NCBI RefSeq assembly: GCF_018977255.1
Contig: NW_024704742.1
Coordinates: 82,524,001 to 82,588,000, forward strand
Direction: 5' to 3'
DNA length: 64,000 bases
Origin: Callorhinchus milii
Lineage: Eukaryota
Part shown: positions 1-12,271 of the stretch, piece by piece
How the letters are laid out: every line of letters begins with the position of its first letter
Position numbering within the stretch: the first letter of the stretch is position 1
Program-made: the position numbers and the translations under genes
The notes under the pieces: generated by a model
Databases searched by the model: none
What the model was told of the DNA's origin: nothing
Seen by the model: only the letters and a program-made list of their open reading frames with translations

Positions 1-1073
1 AGGATAACTGGCAAAAACCCAAAGAAGCAAAATACACAGATCAAAAAGGTTGCAGAGTCTCTTCTTGATAACTGGTTTGCCAGATCTTAAAGCAAATAAA
101 TTCCCACTACCGCTAACTTTATTCAGAGCTCTTACTCCTCAAAGTTTTATTTCACTTGTCTCGCTAATTATTCTATCAGCAAAATTATAGTAAACACAAC
201 AATGAATTACTCTGCCATTGTGCAAGAGCACTTCGCAATCAATAGCTGCTGAGTGTTGGGCAAAAGCAGATTTCTCTCTTTTTATTCTCTTCCTTCGAGA
301 CCTTTGTCTTCATTCTTACTTTTCTCTGATGCACTGTGCACATCTTTGTTGTCCTGAGCAATTAGGTCATTCAGAGTCGCTGAGTTCAGTTACAGCTTTG
401 AATACCAACAATGAAAGAAGCATCTCCTCCCATCCTGAGTTACACAATACTGAAGCAATTTGTGAATTGAGGTGGATTTTATTTTGAGCAGAGATAAAAT
501 CACTTTTTTTAAAAAATCTTCCATTCTCATTCCAATTAATTGGAAACTAATGAAACTTGTGTCCGGCAGATATATATGTGTCAGACGGCACTGCAACACA
601 AACCACAGCCTCTACTGTGTGATGTGAGAGACTGTTCTGCACGGCTGTTCAATCCTCTTTTTGCAGCTTGCAGGATGTGAACATGATTTCTGTTTTGCGG
701 CAAAACTCATGATGAAATCTACATCTAATGTCTGTTTGTAAGCTAATTGGTCACGGACACGCACCAGAGGATCTTTACACCAATGTGATTAACACAACAG
801 GATTTAATTTGTTATACTTTTATGGCTACAAATTAGTTTTTACACAAATACTGCACACAATTGGTATTTCCTATAGATGATACTGAAACACAGTCTTGTG
901 GATTCTGAGGACAAGATCCATTAAAAGTTCAGTATTAGACTTCAGTTTCTCATGGTTAGGATTTTACTTATGTTGTGAATTTAAATAATATTATAAAAAG
1001 GACTCTAAGCCCCAAATAGACAAGAGTCCTACTTGTTACCAAAACTAAAAGAAAATTAAGCTCCCATGACAGT

Positions 1074-3195
1074 ACAACAACAAACTACATTTTTATAGTG
1101 TCTTTCACGTCGGGACGATGTTGCAAGGCGCTGGATAATCAGTGTTTTGGATCATAGCTGGTGGTTGGGATTGGGGAGGGTGGGGGGCAGGGGGGCAAGG
1201 AGGCTGATCGAAGACACAGTCGAAGACAAGGGTCTTGAGACAGGTCTTGAAGGAGGCAAGGGGAGGCGCTAGGCAGAGGGACTGTGGGATGGAGTTCCAG
1301 AGAGTGGGGCAGAGTGCATGAAGGCCCGCCCACCAGTAGTGGGGCAGGCGAGGCAGGGGACATGAAGCAGGCCAGAGCCCACTGAGCAGAGGGAGCGAAC
1401 AGTGTGGTAGGGGGTTAGGATGTTGGAGAGGTAGGGGGGAGCAAGACCGTGGAGGGCTTTGGATGTGAGGAGCAGGATCTTGAACTGTATCCTCTGTGTG
1501 ATGGGCAGCCAGTGGAGTTGGGTGAGGATGGGGGTGATAGGGTCACAAAGCCTGGTGCAGGAGAGGACATGGGCTGCAGAGTTTTGGATGATCTGCAGCC
1601 TATGGAGGGAGGAACTGGGGAGGCCAACAAGCAAGGAGTTTGCACAGTTCAGCCTGGATGTTATGAATGCACTTATGAGGGTTTCGGCAGCCTGCGGTGT
1701 GAGACAGTGTCGGAGCATGGCGATATTGAGGGGGTGAAAGAAGGTAAAGCGGGTCATGGTACGTATGTAAAATAGAAAGTATAGTTGAGGGTCAAACAAG
1801 ATGCCAAGGTTTCGGACTGGCTCAGTAAGGTGAAATGTGCATCCATGGATGGTGATGCTGTCAGCACTTCAGGTATGGAGGCGCTGGGGAGGGGCAATCA
1901 GGAAAGCATCGGTCTTACTGATGTTCAACTGAAGAAAATTAGCTCTCATTCAGAGCTTGATGTCTGACAACAGTGGTCCTGGAATCGAGGGTGGAGGCAG
2001 AGAGATAGAAATGGGTGTCATCTGCATACATGTAGACTTTGACCGCATGTGTACAGATGATGTCACCAAGAGGGAGCCTAGAGATATTGAAGAGGAGGGG
2101 ACCAAGGACAGAGCCCTGAGGAACACCGCACAAGACAGTGCGGGGGCTAGAGGAGAAACCATTTATGGAGATAAAGTGGAGACGGTGTGAGAGGTAGGAT
2201 TTGAACCTTTCAAGGACAGAACCATGAAGGTTGAGGTGAGAGCAGAGGCGTGGAGGAGGATAGAGTGGTCAACAATATCAAGGCGGTATCGATGACGAGG
2301 AGGCAGAGAAGCCTTGGTCGCAGATGGACAGAATGTCATTTGTCACTTTGCCTGGGGCTGTTTCTGTGCTGTGGGCAGCACGGAAACCTGATTGGAGGGG
2401 TTTGTGAAGGGAGTGGCGGGAGAGGAAATAGCGAAGCTGGGAAGCAACAACTCTTTCCAGGACCTTGGAAAGGAAAGGGAGGTTGAAGATGAGGTGGTTG
2501 TTTGAGAGAAGGCATGGGTCCATGGAGTATTTTTTTAAAGATAGGAGTGATGACAGACATTTTTAAAGGGTGGGAACCAATTGAAAGGGAGAGGCTTATG
2601 ATTTCTGCGAGTAGAGGGGCAAGGAGGTGGAGCTGGGAGGTAAGGAGAGGGGTAGGGATGGGGTCGATGGAGCAGATGGTCAATTTCATGATGGTTATAG
2701 TGGTGGTGAGAGAGGAGTGGGAGACAGGTTCGAAGGTGAAGGGAGGGATGGGTAGGGGCCGGTTTCTGAGGGGGAGATGGGGAGGGGATAGTAGATGAAA
2801 GAGCTGAGGCAACGGAGCAGATCCCCTCAACTTTGGTTTTGAGTAAGTCCAGCATCGCCTCGCAGTTGGCGTTGGAGGGAGCGCCCTGAGCTCTGAGACG
2901 CTACCCTGTGTGGAGGGTGCTATAAGTGCCAGTTGTTGTCGAGAGGATGGGCAAGGCATGAGGGAGTGGGCGGAGGAGCCGGTTGGTGATGGAGCAAAGG
3001 AGCCTGGAGTTGTCCTTGGTCTCGAAGATTCTCTTGGACACGAAGGACAATTTAGCAGAAGCAAATACAGAGCAGTAAGATTTGATAAGGTCCAGCCAGA
3101 TCTGCTGATGGACCATTAAATTGAATTTGAGCTCGGTGGTTCAGCACCACACACCTGTGCCTTAAGGGAGTGGAGGTGGCTGGTGTACCAGTGTG
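1074..3195 (-). mobile_element. L2 LINE, 5'-truncated and frameshifted, covering the RT region and 3' tail
   Basis: Minus-strand ORF fragments carry RT motifs QSGFRAAHSTETA, GVPQGSVLGPLLF and MYADDTHFY, plus the L2 C-terminal LQIIQNSAA...LHWLPITQRIQFKILLL. The 3' end is a stem-loop followed by (TGT)n at about 1074-1135. Confidence 0.93.
2879..2941 (+). mobile_element. L2 3'-tail-only fragment nested in the opposite orientation inside the L2 above
   Basis: ctctgagacgctaccctgtgtggagggtgctataagtgccagttgttgt interrupts gttggagg|agaggatggg, which is contiguous in the paralogous L2 at about 11923-11940. Confidence 0.8.
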
Positions 3196-3310
3196 ACAGG
3201 ACAGTGAGTTTAAGGTTATATAGGACTGAGTCATTCAGCTTATGTTGAATCCTTGGATTTTACTGAGTTGGTTGATTTCACTGAGCAATTTATTTAACTT
3301 TCCCCAGCTT

Positions 3311-3612
3311 TGTCAGCCTGGCTCCGTGGATAATTCTCTCGATTCTGAATCAAAAGGTTCTAGGATCAAGCTTCACATAGAGACTTTGGATTCATAGTGT
3401 ATGCTAACACCCCAAAAGTGATCCCAAAGATTCCCAGGCACTCTTCAAAAAGAGAAAGGGGCTTCTCTTTCTGTTATGGTTAACAATCTTCCAGATAAAT
3501 TGAACATTCACTTCATGGCTGTTTATGGGATCTGCTTTGTACAAATTGGCCGCTGCGTTTGCCTAAACAATAGTCATTGCCTGTGAAACACTTTGGAATG
3601 AGAGTATTGCTA
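3311..3612 (+). mobile_element. Old Deu-domain tRNA SINE, internally deleted
   Basis: Degenerate head tgtcagcctggctccgtgg, Deu-like ggctgtttatgggatctgctttgtacaaattggccgctgcgtttgcc, and tail ctgtgaaacactttgg. Matches the fuller copies at 44117 and 47055. Confidence 0.75.
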
Positions 3613-4269
3613 TACAACAACTCCTACTGGAAAGGATATAGGTATGACAGGTGAAGCCAGGATTGGCCATGATCCTCTTCATGGTTAAACAACTTTCTGA
3701 GCTTGGAATTGAACATTGGTCACGTGGGATTTAATGCTGGAGAGAGGGTAGATGCTATGGATCCACGAGACGGATCCAATCTTGTGGAGCGGAGGAAATG
3801 AAGATGCAATAAACTAAAACACTTATTTTATTCTTATCCTATACTTTAAAGGCAATTTCTGCTTCACACAAAACACAAATATTGACTTGGAGATTTGAGT
3901 GCACATGAAGTCAGGCTATGATTTGTTTTTAATAATTAAATCACACAAATCTGTAGTATTCTATTTAAAAAGTAATTTATAATCTTCACATCAAATGTGG
4001 CATTAAACATCAATAACAAATGTAACATTTTAATAAGAAAAAAATACTATAAGAGAGAGGTATCAGATATTATGTTGTTTATCATAAACACATGCATAAA
4101 AGAGGGACTAAGTGACAGAGAATTATCAAATTTGGTTGAGATGCCTTGGTTTGAGTCCAGTTTCTGTTCAAATACACACGTTTCCATGTTTTAGGTGAGA
4201 TGCATGGAACTCTCAATCTGGTTTTGATACTGTTAAGCATGGTAATGGGTTTCTATATGTGTCAGACAC

Positions 4270-4490
4270 CCTGCTGACTAAAAATCATACTCCTTGCTGA
4301 TTGCAAGGGTTCGCTCTTGGCCACCATAAGGCAATTCTTAGTGGGCATTAGCTCACAGCATAAAAATAGTGTTACATTTTCATCAATTAGCAATTTCACT
4401 CAGAGAGGCCAAAAAATAGAAATGTGGGAACTGTAAAATATCACATTGATGCATTTGGGGTTAAGGCACACATTGGTCTGGAGGTGGAAA
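4270..4490 (+). mobile_element. LF-SINE-like ancient SINE relic
   Basis: Blocks caattcttagtgggcattagctcacagcataaaaa, cagagaggccaa and ggggttaaggcacacattgg occur in the same order as the LF-SINE consensus as I recall it. Confidence 0.5.
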
Positions 4491-4700
4491 ATGGCTATTC
4501 ATAGGCGAGCATACAAAGAGGTCCTCTGATAGTGTAATTAGGGAGCTCAACAAGGCCATCACACTAAGCAACAGCGCATGAGAGAGAAGATTGTTGATCA
4601 TCCAAAAGATGTAGCTGGGCTACACTCAAAGTGTACATGCAGCAGAATCATTTTCACTGGCCAGCCAGGCCTCTGATGCATGTGAAACCCATCACCATGC

Positions 4701-4744
4701 TTAAGAGTATCTTATTATTATTAATATTATTATTAAGAGTATCT
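4701..4744 (+). repeat. (TAT)n tract flanked by 12-bp direct repeats; probable tail-only retroposon insertion with TSD
   Basis: TTAAGAGTATCT at 4701-4712 and 4733-4744 brackets a 20-bp TAT microsatellite of the same type as the SINE tails. Confidence 0.65.
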
Positions 4745-5117
4745 AAACCAGACTCAGGGATTCCAGATGTGTCCTAAATTTTTCACAATTCTGCACAATC
4801 TTACATTTTAAGAGAAAATAGTCTGATAGGCGAAGGCTAGGAGGAATTTCTGGCCTCTTGATTTGATGCACACACACGCATACATATAAAGTAACTTCTC
4901 TTGATTAGTTCAAGTGGGTATCTATTTCTTTGCAGAATGTCTCTGCCATGCTTGAGATTTTCCTCAAACTGTCAGAGTTGCCTCTCCGAGCAGTAATAGT
5001 TCTGTCTGTCAGAGACTTGAAGACTCCTGTCTTTACTTTAATTGTGGTTGGAGATGAAATGCAAATAGGAGTCGGGTGTAATTGGGTTTCGTACAGACTT
5101 CAATTGCATGTACTTAC

Positions 5118-5216
5118 CTGCTCTTAGAGTAACCATGGCATCAAGAAAGGGAAGCAGCCAATTTTCCCTCCAGTTTCATGAAACGTTTTATGGATGGGTA
5201 GATGTCTGCACTTCTG
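5118..5216 (-). other. Candidate exon, possibly a first coding exon (ATG at 5136, MVTLRA, phase 1) of a gene running toward the left end
   Basis: Consensus donor CAG|GTAAGT at 5118/5117, acceptor ttaattctAG at 5217-5218, and GCCATGG Kozak context at 5133-5139. Confidence 0.3.
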
Positions 5217-6215
5217 CTAGAATTAAATGTCTCCACACATAATTGAATATAATTTATCTGGTGAAGCAATGTGGGTAGGTACAGAGAAAATGATGGAATA
5301 AAAGGCCGTAAAAAGACTACATTTGGAAAGTTGTTTTAATATAAATTTAGAGCAGTATTAATGTGTTATTAATTTTAGTCTTAATTATAAAATGGTTTAC
5401 TGATCATTTCTCCCTTATTATCCAGTGAACAAAACACAGGAAAGAGGTAAAGCAATATTGTTTAAATGTGTTTTATTCTCTAACAGTTCTGTCATTGAGC
5501 TCCAGAATAGTGCTTAAAGTGGTTATCTCAAAATTGAACCCGACTTTACAGTAAAATTTACATTCACTGCTGTTCTGGTGAGACTTTTGTTTAAAAGAGA
5601 GCATCCGAGAACTGCAATTTCAATTCTACACTAAACAAACTACACTCATTGTTTGTGGTTTGTGAAAGGTGCCGTGGACCTCTGTTATCATGTGAATGTG
5701 TGCACACACCTCTACGCCCCCTACACACACAAACAATGAGTGACCTGAATGGAGACAAGATAAGTGTGTTTTGAAAGGAGCCTACACAGCTTTCAGCAAT
5801 GTAATCAAAAGTGGACAAGTAATAAAAGAAGCCAATTCCAATCTGTGCTACCAACCTATAAGCTGTGTCCGTAATTCCATACAACACAAGATCAGAATTG
5901 ATCAATCACCTTCAGAAAGAAATCCTAGATTTCAGTACCGCTGGACTTATCATACCCCTCAAGGGTATCAAGAACACTAAGTTTTGTAGGTGTTGCACTT
6001 TAGAGAACATTTTCTGTTGCAACAGATTCCCATACAATCCTGTTAGCAGACCTTTGCTTCTATAGTCCAGACACTGTACTGTGCTTCTACTTTCACTCCC
6101 GTAGCTTTACATTGCTCACTCAGGAAAATCTAAAACACACTCAGACCTTAGAGTAACTAACAAGAGAACGTTTGTCTGTTACTCCTGTTATCACTTGATG
6201 AATAAACATGAATTA

Positions 6216-6311
6216 TGGAGGGGTGGAACCGTGTGCAGAGTATAAACACTGGCATGGACTAGTTGGGTCAAATGGTCTGTTTCCATGCTGTAACATTATA
6301 TGTAATTCTCT
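6216..6311 (+). mobile_element. CR1 3' terminal fragment
   Basis: ggcatggactagttgggtcaaatggtctgtttccatgctgtaacattatatgtaattct resembles the CR1 3' ends at 59700 and 62100. Confidence 0.7.
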
Positions 6312-6360
6312 GAGACGCTACCCTGCATGGAAGGCGCTATATAAGTGCAAGTTGTTGTTG
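6312..6360 (+). mobile_element. L2 tail-only insertion with 11-bp TSD
   Basis: gagacgctaccctgcatggaaggcgctatataagtgcaagttgttgttg is flanked by TGTAATTCTCT at 6301-6311 and 6359-6369. Confidence 0.8.
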
Positions 6361-6776
6361 TAATTCTCTATAGAGATGTGTGCCAGAGCTTAACAATTGC
6401 TCTGCTTGCTGCCCAGTCTCCCAGAGGGTAATTATTACAATATGGACCAATGCTTTGCAGACTGAAATAATTGTGTTTTATATTCAATTAGGGTTGTGAC
6501 AAGAAAACAAAAATTACACAGTGCACTATTTGGATGGAAATACAAAACAATACACCCCTAATGGGTTCAATTAGCCATCTGAACAGCTGGTTCTTGCCTC
6601 TGATACTAGGTCCAATAAGTTGTAGTTTTCTCTGAATGGGTTAGTGGGTTCAGCTCTCAAAGCGAATGTCTTTTCTGTTCAGTTTGGGTATGGCAATGTT
6701 GAATTTGTCTATGGTCCCTGTTGCACATACCACAAGTTGTCTGGACCCTTCACTCTGTCACCAAGAGAATTTTGCT

Positions 6777-7420
6777 AATAGCAATAGCAATTTATATTAT
6801 ATAGCGCCCTCATGAGGTGTAGCATCCCAGAGCACTTGACAGTGGAGTCCTGTAGCTCAGTGGTTAGAGCACTCGCTTTGCAAGTGAGAGACCTGAGTTC
6901 AATTCCAGGCAGCGCGAAACCTTGGGCAAGTTTCCTTACTCCACACGCCTGATAATAATCCCTCCAAAAACAATAATAAATTGGTAATTTTCAATCTACG
7001 ACTGTTTGTGGGACATTGCTGTGTGCAATTGGCTGCTGCATTCGCCCACAAATATACAATCAATTCACTTTACAGTGTGTTCTGTGAAACGCTTTGGGAC
7101 GTCCTCCCGACGTGAAAAGCGCTATATCAAATGCAAGGAAATGCAAGGACAGTGGCGGAGCATTACACTGAGCTGGGGAGGTGATCAAAGGCACGGTCAA
7201 AGAGGAAGGTCTTCAGGCACGACCTGAAGGTGGGGCCAATCAGAGAGCTAGAGGGAGAGTGTTCCAGAGTGACAAGCAGGAGGCCGGAGCGAGTCCAGTG
7301 GAGGCAGCAGGTAATGGGCTGGCGGGTAAGCAGGTTGGAGAGGTAGGGATGCACCAGGGCATGAAGGAATTTGAAGATAAATGTGAGGATCTTGAAATTG
7401 TTCTGGTGAATAACCACATT
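6777..7420 (-). mobile_element. L2 3' fragment interrupted by a young SINE
   Basis: Tail at 6777-6845; the body resumes at 7148. The minus ORF reads FKILTFIFKFLHALVHPYLSNLL...FRSCLKTFLFD. Confidence 0.8.
6842..7149 (+). mobile_element. Young full-length tRNA-headed SINE with TSD GACAGTGG
   Basis: A box TAGCTCAGTGG, B box AGTTCAATTCC, Deu 3' part and L2-like tail. TSD at 6838-6845 and 7148-7155. Near-identical to the copies at 36913, 48576, 55793 and 58177. Confidence 0.95.
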
Positions 7421-9384
7421 GTTAAACATGGATAGGTGATAAAAGCCACACTTTGTGACCACACTTCTTTCTTGAGAATCCAGGACCCAAAGATTTGGTG
7501 TTAAATTGTATAGGATTTCACTGAAGACTCACCAGCCCCTCCTCAATACCCCCCCAAAAAAAACAACCAACAACTTGTACACTCATAACATAGAATAGGT
7601 AGATTGCAAAGGACCAAACTTGATATAAAATGCAACTGATCTGCATTGTTTTTAAACTGAATATCCACTTCTCACAGTTAAAGGATAAATAATGAAAGGT
7701 ATAGATGCATCCCATCATCAGGTGAGAACAAACTATCAGTGAACAGTAAATAAGAAAACTAAGATTGCAAATTATTGTATGTCAGTGTTCAACTCAACTC
7801 TGTTTCTTCCAGCAAAATGCACACATATCAGGGGATTATTTTCTTTTCCATAAAGCTACAGTCCTGAAGCAACCAAATTGACCCTTTTCTTCAAAACAAC
7901 AATTTTATGTTTTCCAGCACCTTACACATCAGGAGGATGTACCAAAGCGCTTCACATAGCTGATGTAGGAGACCAAGCTGTTGTGGGGGGTGAGGTGGGG
8001 AGCTGCGGAGAAGAGGGGAAGGTGATCAAAAAATAAATTTTTTGTTCCCTTGCAAAGATTGAGGCTTTCAATCTGGAACAGTAGGATTTAGAATATATCA
8101 AAGATTTCTACAGGGTTTGATAGCTGCTGGCTTAAGTGCTCTGGCACAGTTTGTGCACCACCAAATAGATGGACTTCAGAACATTACAAACTCCATAAGC
8201 TCCAGGGCAAGACATTGCTTTTCCTTCCAATGAAAATCATGATAGAAGCCAATCTGATACTGGAGATTTGCTGCATTAATGTCCAAAATCAGATTTAGCA
8301 AATAGGCTGCACTGCACTGCAGGCAAGTCCAGGATATCGGAGATGATCCAAGCAATTCAAGCAAGTTGTCATTAGTGAAGCATCAAATTAGCTTGCTGGT
8401 TTGAAGCTCTGTTTAGGAATAGGAAGCAGATGGTGACAAACGCAAAAATATCTGTCTGGAGATGGCGTGAGGGGACAGTGATAAGTCTGAGATCTGTTCT
8501 GCGCCCTTTTTGGCTCATATTATTCGAGAGACATTTGAAGAAGACTTTCAATACTTCCTGTAAATGATGTCTGTAAACTCTACGTAGCCAGTTGTCTAAT
8601 ATAAGGACAATATAATAAGCAAACTTTCATACAGATCCGGGATGCTCAAGAAAATGGGCCAACAAGAGGTAGAGGATTTTAATGTAGATACATTTGAAGT
8701 GCAAACTTTTCTAACAAGAAACTGAAACTATGTACAAAATGAAGGGTTGTCCATTTGTTGGGTAGAGAAGGAAAAGGACTTGACTCTAATTATTATCATT
8801 GACTAAAAATTTGAGATTAATGTAAAACCTGGTTTTATTTCAAGGATTTTGGATTACAAATCAAAATAAATCCAAATATTTCAAGAATCCTTAATACAGT
8901 ACCTAAAATATTTAAAGACCTTAAAGTGCTAAAAATACAGGTAAACCCCATTATACATAGTAACAACGTAACACCTTGTAGCAACATAGATTTCCTTATA
9001 CTGAAATTGAGTTGTGGCCCCTGACATTTTCTTACTCCAAAATCAAAATTGCACCTTCTAAATCTCATGATCATGGAAACATGGCTAACTTCTGGGTTTT
9101 CAAGTCACCGCTGATGTCATTTCCTGCATGCTATACATGCATATCCAGGAAGCAGGGCTAACACCACTACCTGTGAATGGCACATGTGCATTATGTAAAG
9201 GTGCCATTCTTAGTTTTCTGATATAGCAGCATATATGAAATGATATTAGTGACACTCCCTCTGCTTGCATGCTATGTACAGGAACTGGCACGAGTGATGT
9301 CCTGACTATCCAAAAGTTGACCACTTAATCATGTTTCTTTATAAAGGCCTGAGCCATCAGACCCAAATGAGAATAGGGGTCACC

Positions 9385-9620
9385 CTGTAATTTCTGTGAA
9401 GTTTTGTGACTGTGTATTTGTAGGCAGAATCAACAGCTGTTATGCACACAGCGAGGTCCCACAAGTAGCCATGAAGTGAATGATCAATTTATCTGGAGGA
9501 TAATGGGCCAGAACAACAGGCAGGATTCCCCTTCTCTTTTCAAATAGTGCAATGGAATCTTTAATATCTACCTGAAAAACAGAAAGATGCAACCTCAGTA
9601 TAACATCACATGAGATGTTA
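9385..9620 (-). mobile_element. Old Deu-SINE fragment
   Basis: gcacacagcgaggtcccacaagtagccatgaagtgaatgatc...ctcttttcaaatagtgcaatggaatctttaa is the reverse complement of the Deu body seen at 44117. Confidence 0.75.
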
Positions 9621-9811
9621 TATTTAGTGAGGTGAGGAACCCATTATCCAGTCTTTAAAATACTTAAGAGATGAGACACAGGTGATTTAGATTGTTTAAG
9701 AGCCCCAAACAAGATTCAATCCTGGCCACAGACATGAGTGGCAACCTGACAACATGGAAGCTAGTCAAGTTTTTGAATAAGTAGTCAGAAAGTAGATACT
9801 GGAAACGAGAT

Positions 9812-10060
9812 ATACAATACAATTTACATTTGTATAGCACAATTCAGCTGGACATTGCTGGCTGGGAATCTGAGCTGGTGGTGGGAGCCAAGGGGAAAGA
9901 TGACTGAAAGTGTAGTCTTGAGGTGGACCTTGAACAAGGTGAGGAAGGGAGTAAGTAAGTTGGAGGGACCCCAGGACAGAGCTCCACAGAGCAATGGCTG
10001 AAAGCCTGCTAATTGTGGGATGAATAGGGTCGGGGAAATGAAGCAGGCCTATGCTTCTGG
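9812..10060 (-). mobile_element. Degraded L2 3' fragment
   Basis: Tail acaatttacatttgtatagcac followed by a purine-rich 3' body like the 20182 copy. Confidence 0.65.
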
Positions 10061-11120
10061 TAGTGACTACACAGTAGACTTTCATTCAGCTGCAGTGTGT
10101 TTTAATCGTGCATGAAGCACTGCTGATGCCGTGGCCTGCACACGTCTACTATGAGCAGGAAGAGTTGTTGGTGTAACTCCATGCTGCATGCAAATTGACT
10201 ACTGCTTTTGCCCACAAAATCCTACAAGGATCAAAAGCTTTTCTCATTCCTTGCCTTTTTGGGTTGCCAAATTTCTAATTCTATGCTACACCCACCATTA
10301 AGAGTAACCAACATGAGACAGCTGGTAAATTGCAAAGATGAACGAGCACAAATCAGAACAGATGCATGAGTGAGGAAGACAATTACAAAAGACGACTGAT
10401 TTCATTTCATTGGTCTTTTTCCAAAGTTTCAAGGCAACGTGCCAATTCTTGACTTCTTGGATCTGCCCCAAATCAATACAATTACCAGGGAATTATACTA
10501 CACCATTTATTTTCTGCCTTCATATATTATAAAAGGACATATTCTATACCTTTGTTGTCTAACAATTATCTTTTTGTCATTGAGCTGGATAAATGAGACT
10601 CGGAATCAGATATTTTATATGCAACTCTGCCTCCTTGTTGTATAATCAGATCATGACATAGTTTAGTAGAAGCTAGCTTCTCTTTGAGAGGTGCAATTTT
10701 GATTGTGCATCCATGCAATAAAGGTAGTGCAAACCAGCAAGGATGAAACAAGGTTTCAGTATGAACCTCAGAAATACACCAACTCAAGTTTCATTGCCTT
10801 GCTTCTTAAGGACCTGAGCAAACTAAAGAGAAAGTTTGAAATATGATGCTAAGATGGGTACACGGCCTATACTTATTGAGCAACAGTGGTAAGGACACAC
10901 AGCGGGAACAGAGGAAGTTTTACAAACTGGAAGGATGACACAGATCTAAAGTACACAGTATTTTACACAACTACCAGAGCGAGCAGCAAAAATGGCATTG
11001 AGTTCCTGCTGAAAGGCACATGCTAGCCATGGCAAGGTGCTTCTCCTTGGCATCCAGCTTCAAACTCCAGGTTCCTCACAAAATGTTCTTCAATGATGAT
11101 TTCATACTGTGCCACAGGGG

Positions 11121-12165
11121 ACAACAACAATAACAACAAATTACATTTGTATAACACCTTTCGTGTCGGGAGAGCAACCCAAGGCCCTGGACAGTCAGGA
11201 ATTTGGACCCGAGCTGGGGGTTCATGATGTGGAGGACAGGTGTAGGAGGATGGTTGAAGGCGCGATCAAAGTGGAGGGTCCTGAGACGTGCTTTGAAGGA
11301 GGCAAAGGAGGGAGCAAAGTGAAGGGACTGTGGGATGAAGTTTCAAGAGTTGGGGCAGAGAGGCTGAAGACCTGATTGCCGATGGTGGGGCACTGGAGCA
11401 GGCCGGAGACTACTGAGCAGACAGGTTGATATGGGGTTAGCAGGTCACAGAGGTAGGAAGGAGCAAGGCCTTCAAGAGCTTTAAAGGCAAGGATGGGAAT
11501 TTTGAACTCTATCTTCTTGGGGGATGGGGAGTCAGTGGAGTCAGGTGAAGGAGGTCGAGGAGGATGAGGAGCCGAGGGAGCCCTGGTCACATATCACCAG
11601 GGCTGTTTCTGTGCTGTGGGCAGCATAGAAACCCAATTGGAGGGGTTTGTACAGGGAGTGGCAGGACAAGAAGGAGTGAAGCTGGGAAGCAACAACTCTT
11701 TCAAGGACCTTGGAAAGGAAAGGGAGGTTGGAGATGGAGCGGTAGTTAGTGATGATGGTGAGATAGGAGGAGATGAAGTTCGAAGGTGTGGAAGGCAGGA
11801 TAGATAGGGGCTGGATTGTGAAGGGTAGATGGGGAGGGGGTAGAAGTTGGAAGGGTAGAGGCAGCTGAGAAGATTCTCTTGATTTTGGTCCCCGGGAAGT
11901 CCAGGAACTCCTCGCAGTTGGGGTTGGAGGAGAGGATGGGTGAGGCATGAGAAGGTGGGCAGAGGAACTGGTTAGTGGTGGAGAAAAGGAGTCGAGGTTT
12001 GTCCTTGGCCTCCAAGATTATCTTGGAATAGAAGGACGATTTAGCGGATGCTAGGGCCGAGCATAAGTTTCAATATGGTCCAGTCAGATCTGTCTATGGA
12101 CCATTAAGTTAGATTTGAGCCAGCACATGTGCCTTGAGCGAATAGAGTGGCTGGTGTACCAAGGC
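11121..12165 (-). mobile_element. L2 LINE with large internal deletions
   Basis: ORFs read NYRSISNLPFLSKVLERVVASQL...HSTETALV and IEFKIPILAFKALEGLAPSYLCDLL. The YADD region present in the 1074 copy is absent. (TGT)n tail at 11121. Confidence 0.9.
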
Positions 12166-12187
12166 CTGTACTTAGATGACTGAATGA

Positions 12188-12271
12188 CCCAACTGTGCAG
12201 CGCCTTGGGACGTCCTCCTGACGTGAAAGGCGCTTTATAAATGGAATCTTGTTGTTGTTGTTGTTGTTGTT
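12188..12271 (+). mobile_element. Young L2 tail-only insertion with TSD TGAATGA
   Basis: cagcgccttgggacgtcctcctgacgtgaaaggcgctttataaatggaatct(tgt)n, with TGAATGA at 12181-12187 and 12271-12277. Confidence 0.85.

Noticed and set aside
1139..3234. Cluster of long overlapping ORFs on both strands
   Set aside because: Frameshifted L2 ORF2 remnants and their GC-rich antisense shadows, not host genes. The same applies at 11-12, 13, 14.6-15.3, 18, 20, 38, 51 and 57 kb.
6846..6920. tRNA-Ala(TGC) gene, also at 36917, 48825, 56035 and 58181
   Set aside because: Each copy continues into a common SINE body and tail, some with TSDs. There is no poly-T terminator after the cloverleaf and the T stem is bulged.
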